NCBI GenBank assembly: GCA_045543215.1
Contig: JAZQMD010000149.1
Span: forward strand, 1 to 43,001
Source: Oscillospiraceae bacterium
Lineage (GTDB): Bacteria; Bacillota; Clostridia; Oscillospirales; Oscillospiraceae
Length of the DNA stretch: 43,001 nucleotides
Direction: 5' to 3'
The notes beneath the pieces were generated by a model that was not told where the DNA came from, searched no databases, and saw nothing but the letters and a program-made list of their open reading frames with translations. This document shows, piece by piece, positions 1 to 7,749 of this stretch. Numbering within the stretch: the first letter of the stretch is position 1; each line of letters starts with the position of its first letter. The translations under genes and the position numbers were made by a program.

Positions 1-679
1 GTACCTCCTCTCTAAGGGAGGGGTTGTAACGCACTACCAGCAGGGGGATGGTCAGGGAGAAGCATATTGCCATTACAACCAGGGACCAGCCTGGGAGCCA
101 GTGGCCCTGAAGCCAGCGATCAGTGAAGAGTTCAACCCCCATGAGGAATACACCAATAGAAGAGATAATAAGAGTGATAGAGGACAAGGTGGAGCGATGC
201 CGCAGGGTGATGCCTAAAAAAAGGAGTACTGCAGTGGCCAGCAGTACGATGGGAAGAGCCAGACTCCAGAACCAGTCCCAGCCGTCCAGGGTGGTGGCAA
301 TGAGGAAAAGAAATACGCCTACAGCCACACCGTCCATCCCCAGACGAAAGGTAAGTGGGAGGCCGCGGACCCACAGAGGAAGGGCCAGCCAGATCCACAG
401 TACGGCGGCACCCCCCACTACAAATAAGGACCAGTGCACCTGAGGCCGCAGGAAGATGTTGAGTAGGGAGCAACATATAGCTACCGAAAGGAGCATGGTG
501 CTTATAAGCAAGGCGGCCTCTCGCTTGGAGGCTGTGGGAATCTCGGTCCGCTGAGTGGGGAAGGGTGTGGGGGAAGTGGTATCCACCGGTTGGTTGGGAT
601 TGCAAACCGGCGTACGGCATAGTGGACAAAATGTGCAGGTTCGATCCAGTTCTACACCGCAGTATATACAATAGGACAT
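1..679 (-). CDS. Zinc-ribbon N-terminus plus polytopic membrane protein. Partial: the 3' end runs off the left window edge.
   Basis: Absent from the ORF track because it has no in-window stop. The minus-strand frame from ATG (complement of 677-679) reads MSYCIYCGVELDRTCTFCPLCRTPVCNPNQPVDTTSPTPFPTQRTEIPTASKREAALLISTMLLSVAICCSLLNIFLRPQVHWSLFVVGGAAVLWIWLALPLWVRGLPLTFRLGMDGVAVGVFLFLIATTLDGWDWFWSLALPIVLLATAVLLFLGITLRHRSTLSSITLIISSIGVFLMGVELFTDRWLQGHWLPGWSLVVMAICFSLTIPLLVVRYNPSLREEV. It has a CxxC...CxxCxxC cluster followed by several hydrophobic helices. A GGAAAGGGG SD-like element lies just upstream, and the start is 16 nt after the stop of the 696-2000 gene. Confidence 0.65.
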   Translation of the reverse strand, partial: MSYCIYCGVELDRTCTFCPLCRTPVCNPNQPVDTTSPTPFPTQRTEIPTASKREAALLISTMLLSVAICCSLLNIFLRPQVHWSLFVVGGAAVLWIWLALPLWVRGLPLTFRLGMDGVAVGVFLFLIATTLDGWDWFWSLALPIVLLATAVLLFLGITLRHRSTLSSITLIISSIGVFLMGVELFTDRWLQGHWLPGWSLVVMAICFSLTIPLLVVRYNPSLREEV

Positions 680-695
680 GAGAGGACCCCTTTCC

Positions 696-2000
696 TTAAA
701 ATATACGGTTACTCTCCACTTTTACAGGAAGGCCGGCTTTCACCAAAAAACGAAAAAATTCACGTTCTACATCGGTTTCCCGAATTGTGCTGGCAAAAGT
801 GATATTCATAATATTACCGTAGGAGATAGAGGCGCAGTTAACCTGGTGGCCGATGGGTTGTCCTAAAATGATTTCCATGCGCTGGATGTGAGGGGCCATC
901 TCTTCTGGCACCTGGAATGCACCGGGATTGGTGTAGGTGGTAGAATAGGGGCGCACTCCGGCCAGCTGGTAGGTGAGAGATACAATGGGGTTTTTTAAAA
1001 TAACAGGGATGATTTGGAGCAAAGGATTGTGCTGGAAGCGAACGTTTCCGGTGAAGCGGGAGCGCATTCGTGGTTTATCCATGTTCAGGCGCATATAGTG
1101 GTGGACCTGTCCAACAATTTCCTCAAAGGTATATTGCCCCAGGCGGGGATCTATAGAGGGACGGATGGTAAGAATAAAGTTGCGTAGAGTATCAGAGGGG
1201 AAATGGGGGCGTAGGTTAATAGGGATAGCTAAGGCTACCTCCCTGGGATAATGCCGATTCTCTTTGGACTGGAGTTTCAAAAACACATGGATGAGTACAG
1301 AAGAAAGGTATTCAGTCACGGATGCCCGGTAGGAACCTGCTACGGTTTTTAGTTTGTCCAGGGGGATGAAGCCCATAATAAAATTGAGGGTATAAAAGGG
1401 TTCGGGGGTACCCCGAAAGGAATAGGCAGTTTTGTACCATCTTTCCCGGAGGCGGCGGTGGGAGGCATAGCGGGCATAGGCATCTTCCAATTCCTCTTTT
1501 CTGGGTGCCTGTGCCAAATCCAGAACGCCAGGAGCTGGAGGTAGGTCATAGCCCAGTTCAGAGAGATAGGTGTGGAGGAGGGTGCGGAAAAAAACCAAAG
1601 CCCCTGCTCCATCACACAGCACATGGAAACATTCAATAGAGATCCGTTTCTCATAAAAGTAAATCCGCAGCAGCCAGCCATCCCCTTCTTTGGTCCGAAT
1701 AGGCTGGCAGGGATTGGCGATATCAGGCTGTACCATGGGGCCGGGGAGATCCAAGGGTTCCAGGTAGTACCAAAAGGCCCCGGGGCGCATGCGTACCCGG
1801 AGGCTGGGAAAGCGGGGCATGGTACGGTTTACCGCCCGTTGAAGCGCGTTAGGCTCCACCGGGGCTGTCATGAGGGCAGAAAAGCGGTAAACTGCAGAGT
1901 AAGAATCGTTTTGGATGGCGGAGTAAAGTAAGGCTGCGTTGTCCAACCGAAACCAGTTGGGGGAGTCCTTGTTTAATTGGTTGCGTATGAAGCTCACCAC
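696..2000 (-). CDS. Acyltransferase of the condensation / WS-DGAT / PapA5 / alcohol-acetyltransferase-like superfamily (HxxxDG)
   Basis: 434-aa ORF containing FHVLCDGAG (HxxxDG catalytic motif) about 130 aa from the N-terminus. An N-terminal WFRLDNAALLYSA segment resembles this family. The only in-frame start is GTG at 2000, with no obvious SD, so the start is uncertain. Confidence 0.6.
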   Translation of the reverse strand: MVSFIRNQLNKDSPNWFRLDNAALLYSAIQNDSYSAVYRFSALMTAPVEPNALQRAVNRTMPRFPSLRVRMRPGAFWYYLEPLDLPGPMVQPDIANPCQPIRTKEGDGWLLRIYFYEKRISIECFHVLCDGAGALVFFRTLLHTYLSELGYDLPPAPGVLDLAQAPRKEELEDAYARYASHRRLRERWYKTAYSFRGTPEPFYTLNFIMGFIPLDKLKTVAGSYRASVTEYLSSVLIHVFLKLQSKENRHYPREVALAIPINLRPHFPSDTLRNFILTIRPSIDPRLGQYTFEEIVGQVHHYMRLNMDKPRMRSRFTGNVRFQHNPLLQIIPVILKNPIVSLTYQLAGVRPYSTTYTNPGAFQVPEEMAPHIQRMEIILGQPIGHQVNCASISYGNIMNITFASTIRETDVEREFFRFLVKAGLPVKVESNRIF

Positions 2001-2088
2001 CTTGGGCCGGTAAGAGCCGGCAGCATAGAATAGTTTATTTTAACATGATTACCTTGGCGGGACAAGGGGAAAGAAGGGCTTTCCTTTA

Positions 2089-2097
2089 TGATATAAT
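2089..2097 (+). promoter_or_regulatory. Extended -10 element (TGaTATAAT) for the esterase gene
   Basis: TGATATAAT at 2089-2097, about 40 nt upstream of the ATG at 2136. AGGAG SD at 2124-2128. No clear -35. Confidence 0.4.
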
Positions 2098-2135
2098 CAT
2101 GACATGATACGGGAAACTGGAACAGGAGTGGAACT

Positions 2136-3107
2136 ATGGAGGAGAAGAAACCCCGCAGATTAAGGTTTGGTCGTGCTGGTCTGCGCACCGGCCGCAATGG
2201 AGATGAGCATGAAAAGCTGGGACCTTTTATGAAGGCACTGAAAATAGTCTATTCGGCTGCCAATCCTGGTTCTTTGGAGAAGGAGGACTTAGAGCGGCAG
2301 CGTAGGGGACAGGAGTTGCTGGGCAGACTGATCACGCCTGGTATCGGCATGGATCGAGAGGAACTGGTCATAGACGGGATGAATGCAGCTTGGATCCGTC
2401 CGGAGTTTGGACACGACCATCGCCACGCTATTTTGTACTGCCACGGAGGGGGCTATACCAGTGGAAACTTGGGCTATGCCCGTGTCTTGGCCTCAAAACT
2501 CTCCTATGTTACCGGGTATGAGGTGCTTTCCTTTGATTACCGCCTGGCCCCCGAGCATCCCTATCCTGCCGCTATTGAGGACGCAGTACGGGCTTGGGAT
2601 CATTTAATGTACCTGGGGTATGGTGCCCGGGACGTGATCGTGGCGGGGGACTCTGCCGGAGGGAACCTGGCCCTATGTCTCACGCTTACCCTGAAAAGCC
2701 AGCACAGAATGCTTCCCAAAGCCCTTATCCTCATGTCCCCGTGGACGGATATGACTTCCAGTGGAAAGTCATATAGGGAAAATGCGGATATTGATCCCCT
2801 CATCACTAAGGATTATATTTGCGCCGTTCGGGCGGCTTACGCGGGGGAAGAAGCTGATTATGCAGAGCCTATGTTATCCCCCCTTTTTGCTGACCTGAAA
2901 GGATTCCCGCCTGTCTTTATCCAGGTGGGTAGTCACGAGATTCTGTTGTCTGACTCAGTGCGTCTGCGGGACCGATTGGTAATGGCAGGGGTACCTTGCC
3001 GGTTGGAGGTGTGGAAACAGATGTGGCATGTATTTCAAATGTTCCCCATAAAAAAGGCTGGGGAGGCGATGGAGAGCATCGGCCGGTTTTTGCTTGAGCA
3101 GTTTTAA
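2136..3107 (+). CDS. Alpha/beta hydrolase, esterase/lipase of the hormone-sensitive-lipase (Aes-like) type
   Basis: HGGGY oxyanion motif, GDSAGGNLA nucleophile elbow, and a late His in WHVFQ. AGGAG SD lies 7 nt upstream of the ATG. Confidence 0.85.
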   Translation: MEEKKPRRLRFGRAGLRTGRNGDEHEKLGPFMKALKIVYSAANPGSLEKEDLERQRRGQELLGRLITPGIGMDREELVIDGMNAAWIRPEFGHDHRHAILYCHGGGYTSGNLGYARVLASKLSYVTGYEVLSFDYRLAPEHPYPAAIEDAVRAWDHLMYLGYGARDVIVAGDSAGGNLALCLTLTLKSQHRMLPKALILMSPWTDMTSSGKSYRENADIDPLITKDYICAVRAAYAGEEADYAEPMLSPLFADLKGFPPVFIQVGSHEILLSDSVRLRDRLVMAGVPCRLEVWKQMWHVFQMFPIKKAGEAMESIGRFLLEQF

Positions 3108-3120
3108 AGATAGAAAAGGG

Positions 3121-3156
3121 AAAAAGGCTTGCCGCAAAAGTGGCAAGCCTTTTTAA
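3121..3156. terminator. Bidirectional intrinsic terminator between the esterase and ferredoxin genes
   Basis: AAAAAGGCTTGCC-gcaaaagt-GGCAAGCCTTTTT: a 9-bp GC-rich stem flanked by an A-run and a T-run. Confidence 0.7.
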
Positions 3157-3171
3157 TCCGATTTTAAATAT

Positions 3172-3342
3172 TTAGCCCGGAGAGATCGCGTTCACGGGGC
3201 AGGTATCGACGCAGGAGCCGCAGTCGATGCAAGTACCTGCATCAATCATCATATGCTCCTCGCCCATCGAGATAGCGCTCACGGGGCAGGAACCCTCACA
3301 AGCGCCGCAGCTAATGCATTCGTTACTAATGACATGAGCCAT
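3172..3342 (-). CDS. fdx: 2x[4Fe-4S] clostridial-type ferredoxin
   Basis: Two CxxCxxCxxxCP motifs (CISCGACEGSCP, CIDCGSCVDTCP). The start is taken at the internal MAHVISNE Met, which has GGAGG 7 nt upstream. The track ORF starts 15 nt further up at 3357. Confidence 0.9.
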   Translation of the reverse strand: MAHVISNECISCGACEGSCPVSAISMGEEHMMIDAGTCIDCGSCVDTCPVNAISPG

Positions 3343-3518
3343 GTAAAACACCTCCAAGTAGTTATGTTGCGAACCATGTTTATTCTAGCACAATTTTAAT
3401 AAATTGCAATAACAAAATTAAAGTGGGCAGAAAAAATTATGGGGAAACTTGTCTTTCTGTTTCAGCTGGTATAAATCTCCTAAAAAAGAGAAATCATGAA
3501 GTGGAAAGAGGTGGTTAA

Positions 3519-5585
3519 ATGAACAAGATACGCTGGCTCAGCCGGCTGAGAGGTGTTTTGGCATCCCTTGGGAAAGGAGAGGGAGGTACCGTGCCCTCTC
3601 CGGGGCTGGGAAAATCGAGGGAACGGGAGTTTGGAGAGACCAGACTGACCGACCGATTTTCCAGGGACCTGACTCGCTTGGCAGCAGAGGGTGGGCTGGA
3701 CCCGGTTATTGGACGGGAAGTGGAAGTGGATCGGATTATCCAGATTCTCTCTCGTCGTACCAAGAATAATCCGGCTCTGATTGGATCTCCCGGCGTGGGC
3801 AAGACCGCTGTGGCCGAAGCCTTGGCCCGACGCATCGCAGCAGGAACGGTACCAGATTGCCTGAGAGGGAAAAGATTACTTTCTCTGGACTTGGCCTCTA
3901 TGGTAGCAGGCACAAAGTATCGAGGGGAATTTGAGGAGCGGGTGAACAACATTCTTCAGGAGGTTTCACGTGCCCGCAATGTCATCCTATTTTTGGACGA
4001 GCTGCATAACATCGTGGGCGCAGGAAGCGCCGAGGGGGCAGTAGATGCGGCCAATATTCTCAAGCCTGCCCTGGGCCGAGGAATCTTTCAGGTAGTAGGG
4101 GCGACTACCACCGAGGAATACCGACGCTATATTGAAAAGGATGCAGCTCTGGAGCGTAGGTTCCAGCCTGTGACGGTAAGCGAACCCGACCGAAGGGCGG
4201 CCCGTGTTATCCTGGAGGGGCTGCGGCCCAGGTATGAGGCCCATCACAGTCTGACCATAGGGGATGATGCGCTGGATGCAGCTTTAGACCTGTCCATTCG
4301 CTATCTGCCTGACCGCTGCCTGCCTGACAAGGCGATCGATTTGATGGACGAGGCGGCTGCGCGGGTGCGCATGGAGCGCCAGTCGGCTCCCGATAATCTG
4401 CGTAAGCTGGAGGAACGGGCAGAGCGTGCCCGCCGAGACCGGGAGGAGGCCATTGCCTCACAGCAGTATGAGACTGCTGCGGTACTGCGGGACGCGGAGC
4501 GGGATTTCCGCCGGGAGCTGGAGCGTAAGCTGGGCCGCTGGCAGAGTCGGGGCGGCCCCCGATCTGTGTCCGCCGAGGATGTGGCTGCGGTGACATCCCA
4601 GTGGACAGGCATCCCATTGACCTCCATCACCCGTCAGGAGTCCGACCGCCTTCTCATGTTGGAGCAGGAACTGCATCGCCGAGTGGTGGGGCAAGGGGAG
4701 GCGGTAGCGGCTGTATCCCGGGCTATCCGCCGGGGCCGAGTGGGGCTGAAGGAGGCTGGACGGCCTGTGGGAGCTTTCCTCTTTTTGGGGCCGACCGGTG
4801 TGGGTAAAACCGAACTATGTAAGGCCTTGGCGGCTTCTTTGTTTGGTAGTGAAGAGGCTCTCATCCGCTTTGATATGTCGGAGTATATGGAAAAACATTC
4901 TATTTCCCGTCTGGTAGGGGCCCCTCCGGGGTATGTGGGGCACGAGGATGGAGGACAACTCACCGAGCGGGTGCGGCGCAAGCCTTGGTCAGTAGTTCTA
5001 TTTGATGAGATTGAGAAGGCCCACTCCGACTTGTGGAATCTCCTTCTTCAGGTGATGGAAGATGGGGTGCTTACCGATAGCCAGGGCCGGAGAGTGGATT
5101 TCCGTAATACGGTGCTGGTGATGACCTCTAACATTGGAGCGCGGCGGCTGGTGAGTGGAGCTCCAATCCTGGGCTTTGACACTGGCATAGATCAGGATAG
5201 ACGTGAGAGCCGCAGATCGGCAGTGATGGGAGACTTGAAGAGAACCTTCCGTCCTGAATTCCTCAACCGACTGGATGAGATTATCCTCTTTGACCGACTT
5301 ACAGAGGCGGAAAATCGCTCTATTGCCCGAAAAATGCTCTCTGATCTGGAGGGGCGGCTAAAGGGACTTGGGGTGTCTCTGGAGGCATCCGAGGAGGCGG
5401 TGGACTGCCTATCCAGAACAGGCTTTGATGAAAGCAATGGGGCCCGTCCCCTCCGGCGTACTATCCGCCGCCAGGTGGAGGACCCTGCCGCTGAACTATT
5501 GCTCTCCGGGATGCTAAAGTCGGGGGATACCCTTCGCTTATACGTGGAAGCCGGTGGGGTAAAGGTCAGACCAAAGATGATTTAA
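3519..5585 (+). CDS. clpC: ClpC-like class III AAA+ unfoldase (two AAA modules) lacking the N-terminal Clp_N repeat domain
   Basis: D1 Walker A GSPGVGKTA, D2 Walker A GPTGVGKTE, ClpC-like collinear blocks (DPVIGRE..RIIQILSRRTKNNP, KYRGEFEER, ALERRFQPV), UVR-like linker QQYETAAVLRDAE, and a ClpP-docking LGF tripeptide at 5169-5177. Only about 45 aa precede D1. Confidence 0.9.
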   Translation: MNKIRWLSRLRGVLASLGKGEGGTVPSPGLGKSREREFGETRLTDRFSRDLTRLAAEGGLDPVIGREVEVDRIIQILSRRTKNNPALIGSPGVGKTAVAEALARRIAAGTVPDCLRGKRLLSLDLASMVAGTKYRGEFEERVNNILQEVSRARNVILFLDELHNIVGAGSAEGAVDAANILKPALGRGIFQVVGATTTEEYRRYIEKDAALERRFQPVTVSEPDRRAARVILEGLRPRYEAHHSLTIGDDALDAALDLSIRYLPDRCLPDKAIDLMDEAAARVRMERQSAPDNLRKLEERAERARRDREEAIASQQYETAAVLRDAERDFRRELERKLGRWQSRGGPRSVSAEDVAAVTSQWTGIPLTSITRQESDRLLMLEQELHRRVVGQGEAVAAVSRAIRRGRVGLKEAGRPVGAFLFLGPTGVGKTELCKALAASLFGSEEALIRFDMSEYMEKHSISRLVGAPPGYVGHEDGGQLTERVRRKPWSVVLFDEIEKAHSDLWNLLLQVMEDGVLTDSQGRRVDFRNTVLVMTSNIGARRLVSGAPILGFDTGIDQDRRESRRSAVMGDLKRTFRPEFLNRLDEIILFDRLTEAENRSIARKMLSDLEGRLKGLGVSLEASEEAVDCLSRTGFDESNGARPLRRTIRRQVEDPAAELLLSGMLKSGDTLRLYVEAGGVKVRPKMI

Positions 5586-5723
5586 TAAGGGGAGTATATA
5601 CCAATTAACGTGAGTGAATAGGAGGAGCAGGTGAAAAATGGGAACTTTTTTACACCGCCGTCGTCCAATCCCTTGGAGTAAACGACTCTGAAAAAATGTA
5701 AGTTTAGTTTAAGGAGAATCAAC

Positions 5724-6242
5724 ATGAAAAAGACTGTGTATCTGCTCATGGCTGCCGCGCTGATGATGGCTGGCCTTACTGCTTGCCAGAGTAAGTCCGC
5801 TCAGAGCGAACGTACCCCTGAGGAGCTGACCTCTCTATATTCCGAGGCCATTACCGCGGCTCGCACTGATGAGGATAATGAGTATAATCCTCTGCTCACC
5901 AATGCTGAGGAGAATCCTGACGCTGAACTCACACTCTCTGTCCTGGGCCTGACTGCCGAGGATATGGATGCCTATGCCATCAGTGTTTCCCTCATGAATG
6001 TACGGGCTTACGCAGTAGCTGCAATTAAGCCTGCCGAGGGAAAGGAGGAGACGGTGACCACCGCGCTTCAGACCTATGTGGATAACACCAAGGCATCTTT
6101 TGAGTTCTACCTCCCCGAGCCCTTTGAGGTGGCATCCAATGCCCGCCTGGAGATTCTCGAGGATGGTACTGTCCTGCTTGTCATGTGCGAAGACCAGGAT
6201 ACAGTGTTTGACAGTATCTCAGAAGCCATTCTCGAAGGATAA
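5724..6242 (+). CDS. Secreted lipoprotein, DUF4358-like
   Basis: Signal peptide with lipobox MKKTVYLLMAAALMMAGLTAC. AAGGAG SD upstream. The C-terminal pattern (AAIKPAEGKEE...YLPEPFEVASNARLE...LLVM) resembles DUF4358 proteins from memory. Confidence 0.7.
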   Translation: MKKTVYLLMAAALMMAGLTACQSKSAQSERTPEELTSLYSEAITAARTDEDNEYNPLLTNAEENPDAELTLSVLGLTAEDMDAYAISVSLMNVRAYAVAAIKPAEGKEETVTTALQTYVDNTKASFEFYLPEPFEVASNARLEILEDGTVLLVMCEDQDTVFDSISEAILEG

Positions 6243-6263
6243 AGGTATAAAAAAGTTAAAAAA

Positions 6264-6311
6264 GGCAGGGCGGACAGGGTAAGGATCCCTGCCCACTCTG
6301 CCCTTTTTCTT
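6264..6311 (+). terminator. Intrinsic terminator after the lipoprotein gene
   Basis: Long imperfect GC-rich stem GGCAGGGCGGACAGGG-taaggat-CCCTGCCCACTCTGCC followed by CTTTTTCTT. Confidence 0.7.
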
Positions 6312-6340
6312 ATAAGGGATGGACAAGTATACAAAACTCT

Positions 6341-6373
6341 ATGAATATTCACTTTTCCAAGAATAATATTCAT
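6341..6373 (+). promoter_or_regulatory. Two AT-rich palindromes resembling ArgR/AhrC ARG half-boxes
   Basis: TGAATATTCA (6342-6351) and GAATAATATTC (6361-6371) share the TGAAT..ATTCA arms of ARG boxes. Their spacing differs from the 18-bp consensus, and they sit about 70-90 nt upstream of the predicted promoter. Confidence 0.3.
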
Positions 6374-6434
6374 AACTCATTAAATTTATACCATAAAATT
6401 TGGTTAGTATTCGTATGATTATGCAAAAAAGCAC

Positions 6435-6463
6435 TTGCATTTTTTGCCTGAGGATGGTATGCT
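6435..6463 (+). promoter_or_regulatory. Sigma-A type promoter of the arg operon
   Basis: -35 TTGCAT (6435-6440), 17-nt spacer, extended -10 TGgTATGCT (-10 hexamer at 6458-6463). It lies about 55 nt upstream of the argG ATG. Confidence 0.55.
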
Positions 6464-6519
6464 AGATTTAACATTAAAATCCGTCTTACAGGGCGGAGGA
6501 AAGTGGGAGGATACATAAC

Positions 6520-7737
6520 ATGGCTGACATTAAAAAAGTAATCTTGGCCTATTCTGGTGGACTGGATACCTCCATTATTATCCCTTGGCTGAAAGAGAAT
6601 TACAACAACTGCGAGGTGGTGGCCGTCTCAGCCGATGTGGGGCAGGGGGATGAACTGGACGGGCTGGAAGAGAAGGCCATTAAGACAGGGGCCTCTAAGT
6701 TGTATGTTGAGGACTTGGTGGACGAGATGGTGGATGAGGTAATTATCCCTTCCATGAAGATGGGGGCCAAGTATGAGCAGTACCTGCTGGGCACCGCTTT
6801 TGCCCGGCCTATTATAGCCAAGCGGCTGGTAGAGATCGCCAAGCAGGAAGGGGCGGATGCCATCGCTCATGGCTGTACTGGTAAGGGTAACGACCAGGTG
6901 CGCTTTGAGTTGGCCATCAAACGGTTTGCCCCTGAAATGAAGATTATCGCCCCTTGGCGGGAGTGGGATATTAAAGGGCGGGATGAGGAGATCGATTATG
7001 CCGAGGCCCACAACATCCCTTTGAAAATCTCCCGGGAGACCAATTACTCTAAAGATAAGAACCTGTGGCACCTGTCCCACGAGGGCCTGGATCTGGAGGA
7101 TCCGGCCAGTGAGCCCCAGTATGAGAAACCGGGTTTTTTGGAGATGAGCGTCTCTCCCATGCAGGCTCCCGATAAGCCAACCTATGTTACATTGGACTTT
7201 GATAAGGGTGTGCCGGTGGCCATCGATGGGGAGAGGATGAAGGCATCGGATATTGTACGTAAGCTCAACAAGCTGGGGGGGGACAACGGCATTGGTCTGC
7301 TGGATATTGTGGAAAATCGGCTGGTAGGTATGAAGGATCGGGGCGTGTACGGAACTCCCGGCGGTGCGATCCTCTACCATGCCCATGAGGTGCTGGAGAT
7401 GATTACCATTGATAAGGATACAACTCATATGAAGACTAAGCTGGCGGTAGACTTTGCTGATCTGGTTTACAATGGCAAGTGGTTTTCTCCATTGAGGGAG
7501 GCTCTGTCTGCCTTTGCGGACAAGACCCAGGAGCATGTCACCGGAACGGTGAAGCTCAAGCTATATAAGGGTAATATTATCAACGCTGGAGTCACCTCCC
7601 CCGAGTCCCTGTATTCTGAGAACCTGGTTACTTTTGAGGAAAGCGATTATGATCAGGGCCAGGCCGGTGGCTTTATTAACTTGTGGGGCTTACCCGACAC
7701 GGTGCAGGCGCTACGGGAGCAGGGAAAGCTGAAGTAA
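6520..7737 (+). CDS. argG: Argininosuccinate synthase
   Basis: 405 aa. N-terminal [12 protein letters not shown]-binding motif, full-length collinearity with ArgG, GGAGG SD upstream. Confidence 0.97.
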   Translation: MADIKKVILAYSGGLDTSIIIPWLKENYNNCEVVAVSADVGQGDELDGLEEKAIKTGASKLYVEDLVDEMVDEVIIPSMKMGAKYEQYLLGTAFARPIIAKRLVEIAKQEGADAIAHGCTGKGNDQVRFELAIKRFAPEMKIIAPWREWDIKGRDEEIDYAEAHNIPLKISRETNYSKDKNLWHLSHEGLDLEDPASEPQYEKPGFLEMSVSPMQAPDKPTYVTLDFDKGVPVAIDGERMKASDIVRKLNKLGGDNGIGLLDIVENRLVGMKDRGVYGTPGGAILYHAHEVLEMITIDKDTTHMKTKLAVDFADLVYNGKWFSPLREALSAFADKTQEHVTGTVKLKLYKGNIINAGVTSPESLYSENLVTFEESDYDQGQAGGFINLWGLPDTVQALREQGKLK

Positions 7738-7749
7738 GGAGCGGTTAGT

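Noticed and set aside
123-671. Track ORFs 123-443 (+) and 132-671 (-)
   Set aside because: Both are Arg/Pro/His/Ser-rich with no SD and no motifs. A different minus-strand frame gives a coherent zinc-ribbon membrane protein across the same DNA.
3358-3518. CtsR operator (tandem GGTCAAA heptads) upstream of clpC
   Set aside because: No GGTCAAA-like direct repeat is present in the intergenic region.
3987-5437. Several 80-136-aa ORFs overlapping clpC (for example 4207-4617, 4301-4630, 4634-4981)
   Set aside because: They are alternative-frame or antisense artefacts with Pro/Arg/Ala/Ser-rich composition, inside a gene with unambiguous AAA+ motifs.
5631-5681. Small ORF (GTG, 16 codons, MKNGNFFTPPSSNPLE) behind a GGAGGA between clpC and the lipoprotein gene
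   Set aside because: It is too short to support from sequence alone, and an overlapping alternative ATG frame is equally (im)plausible. I found no conservation evidence.
6628-7536. 302-aa ORF antisense to argG. Similar long antisense ORFs occur at 7711-8247, 8827-9405, 11431-12270, 26749-27588, 30041-30565 and 41814-42320.
   Set aside because: They lie entirely inside well-supported genes on the opposite strand and have no SD or recognisable motifs. Open antisense frames like these are typical of moderately GC-rich coding DNA.
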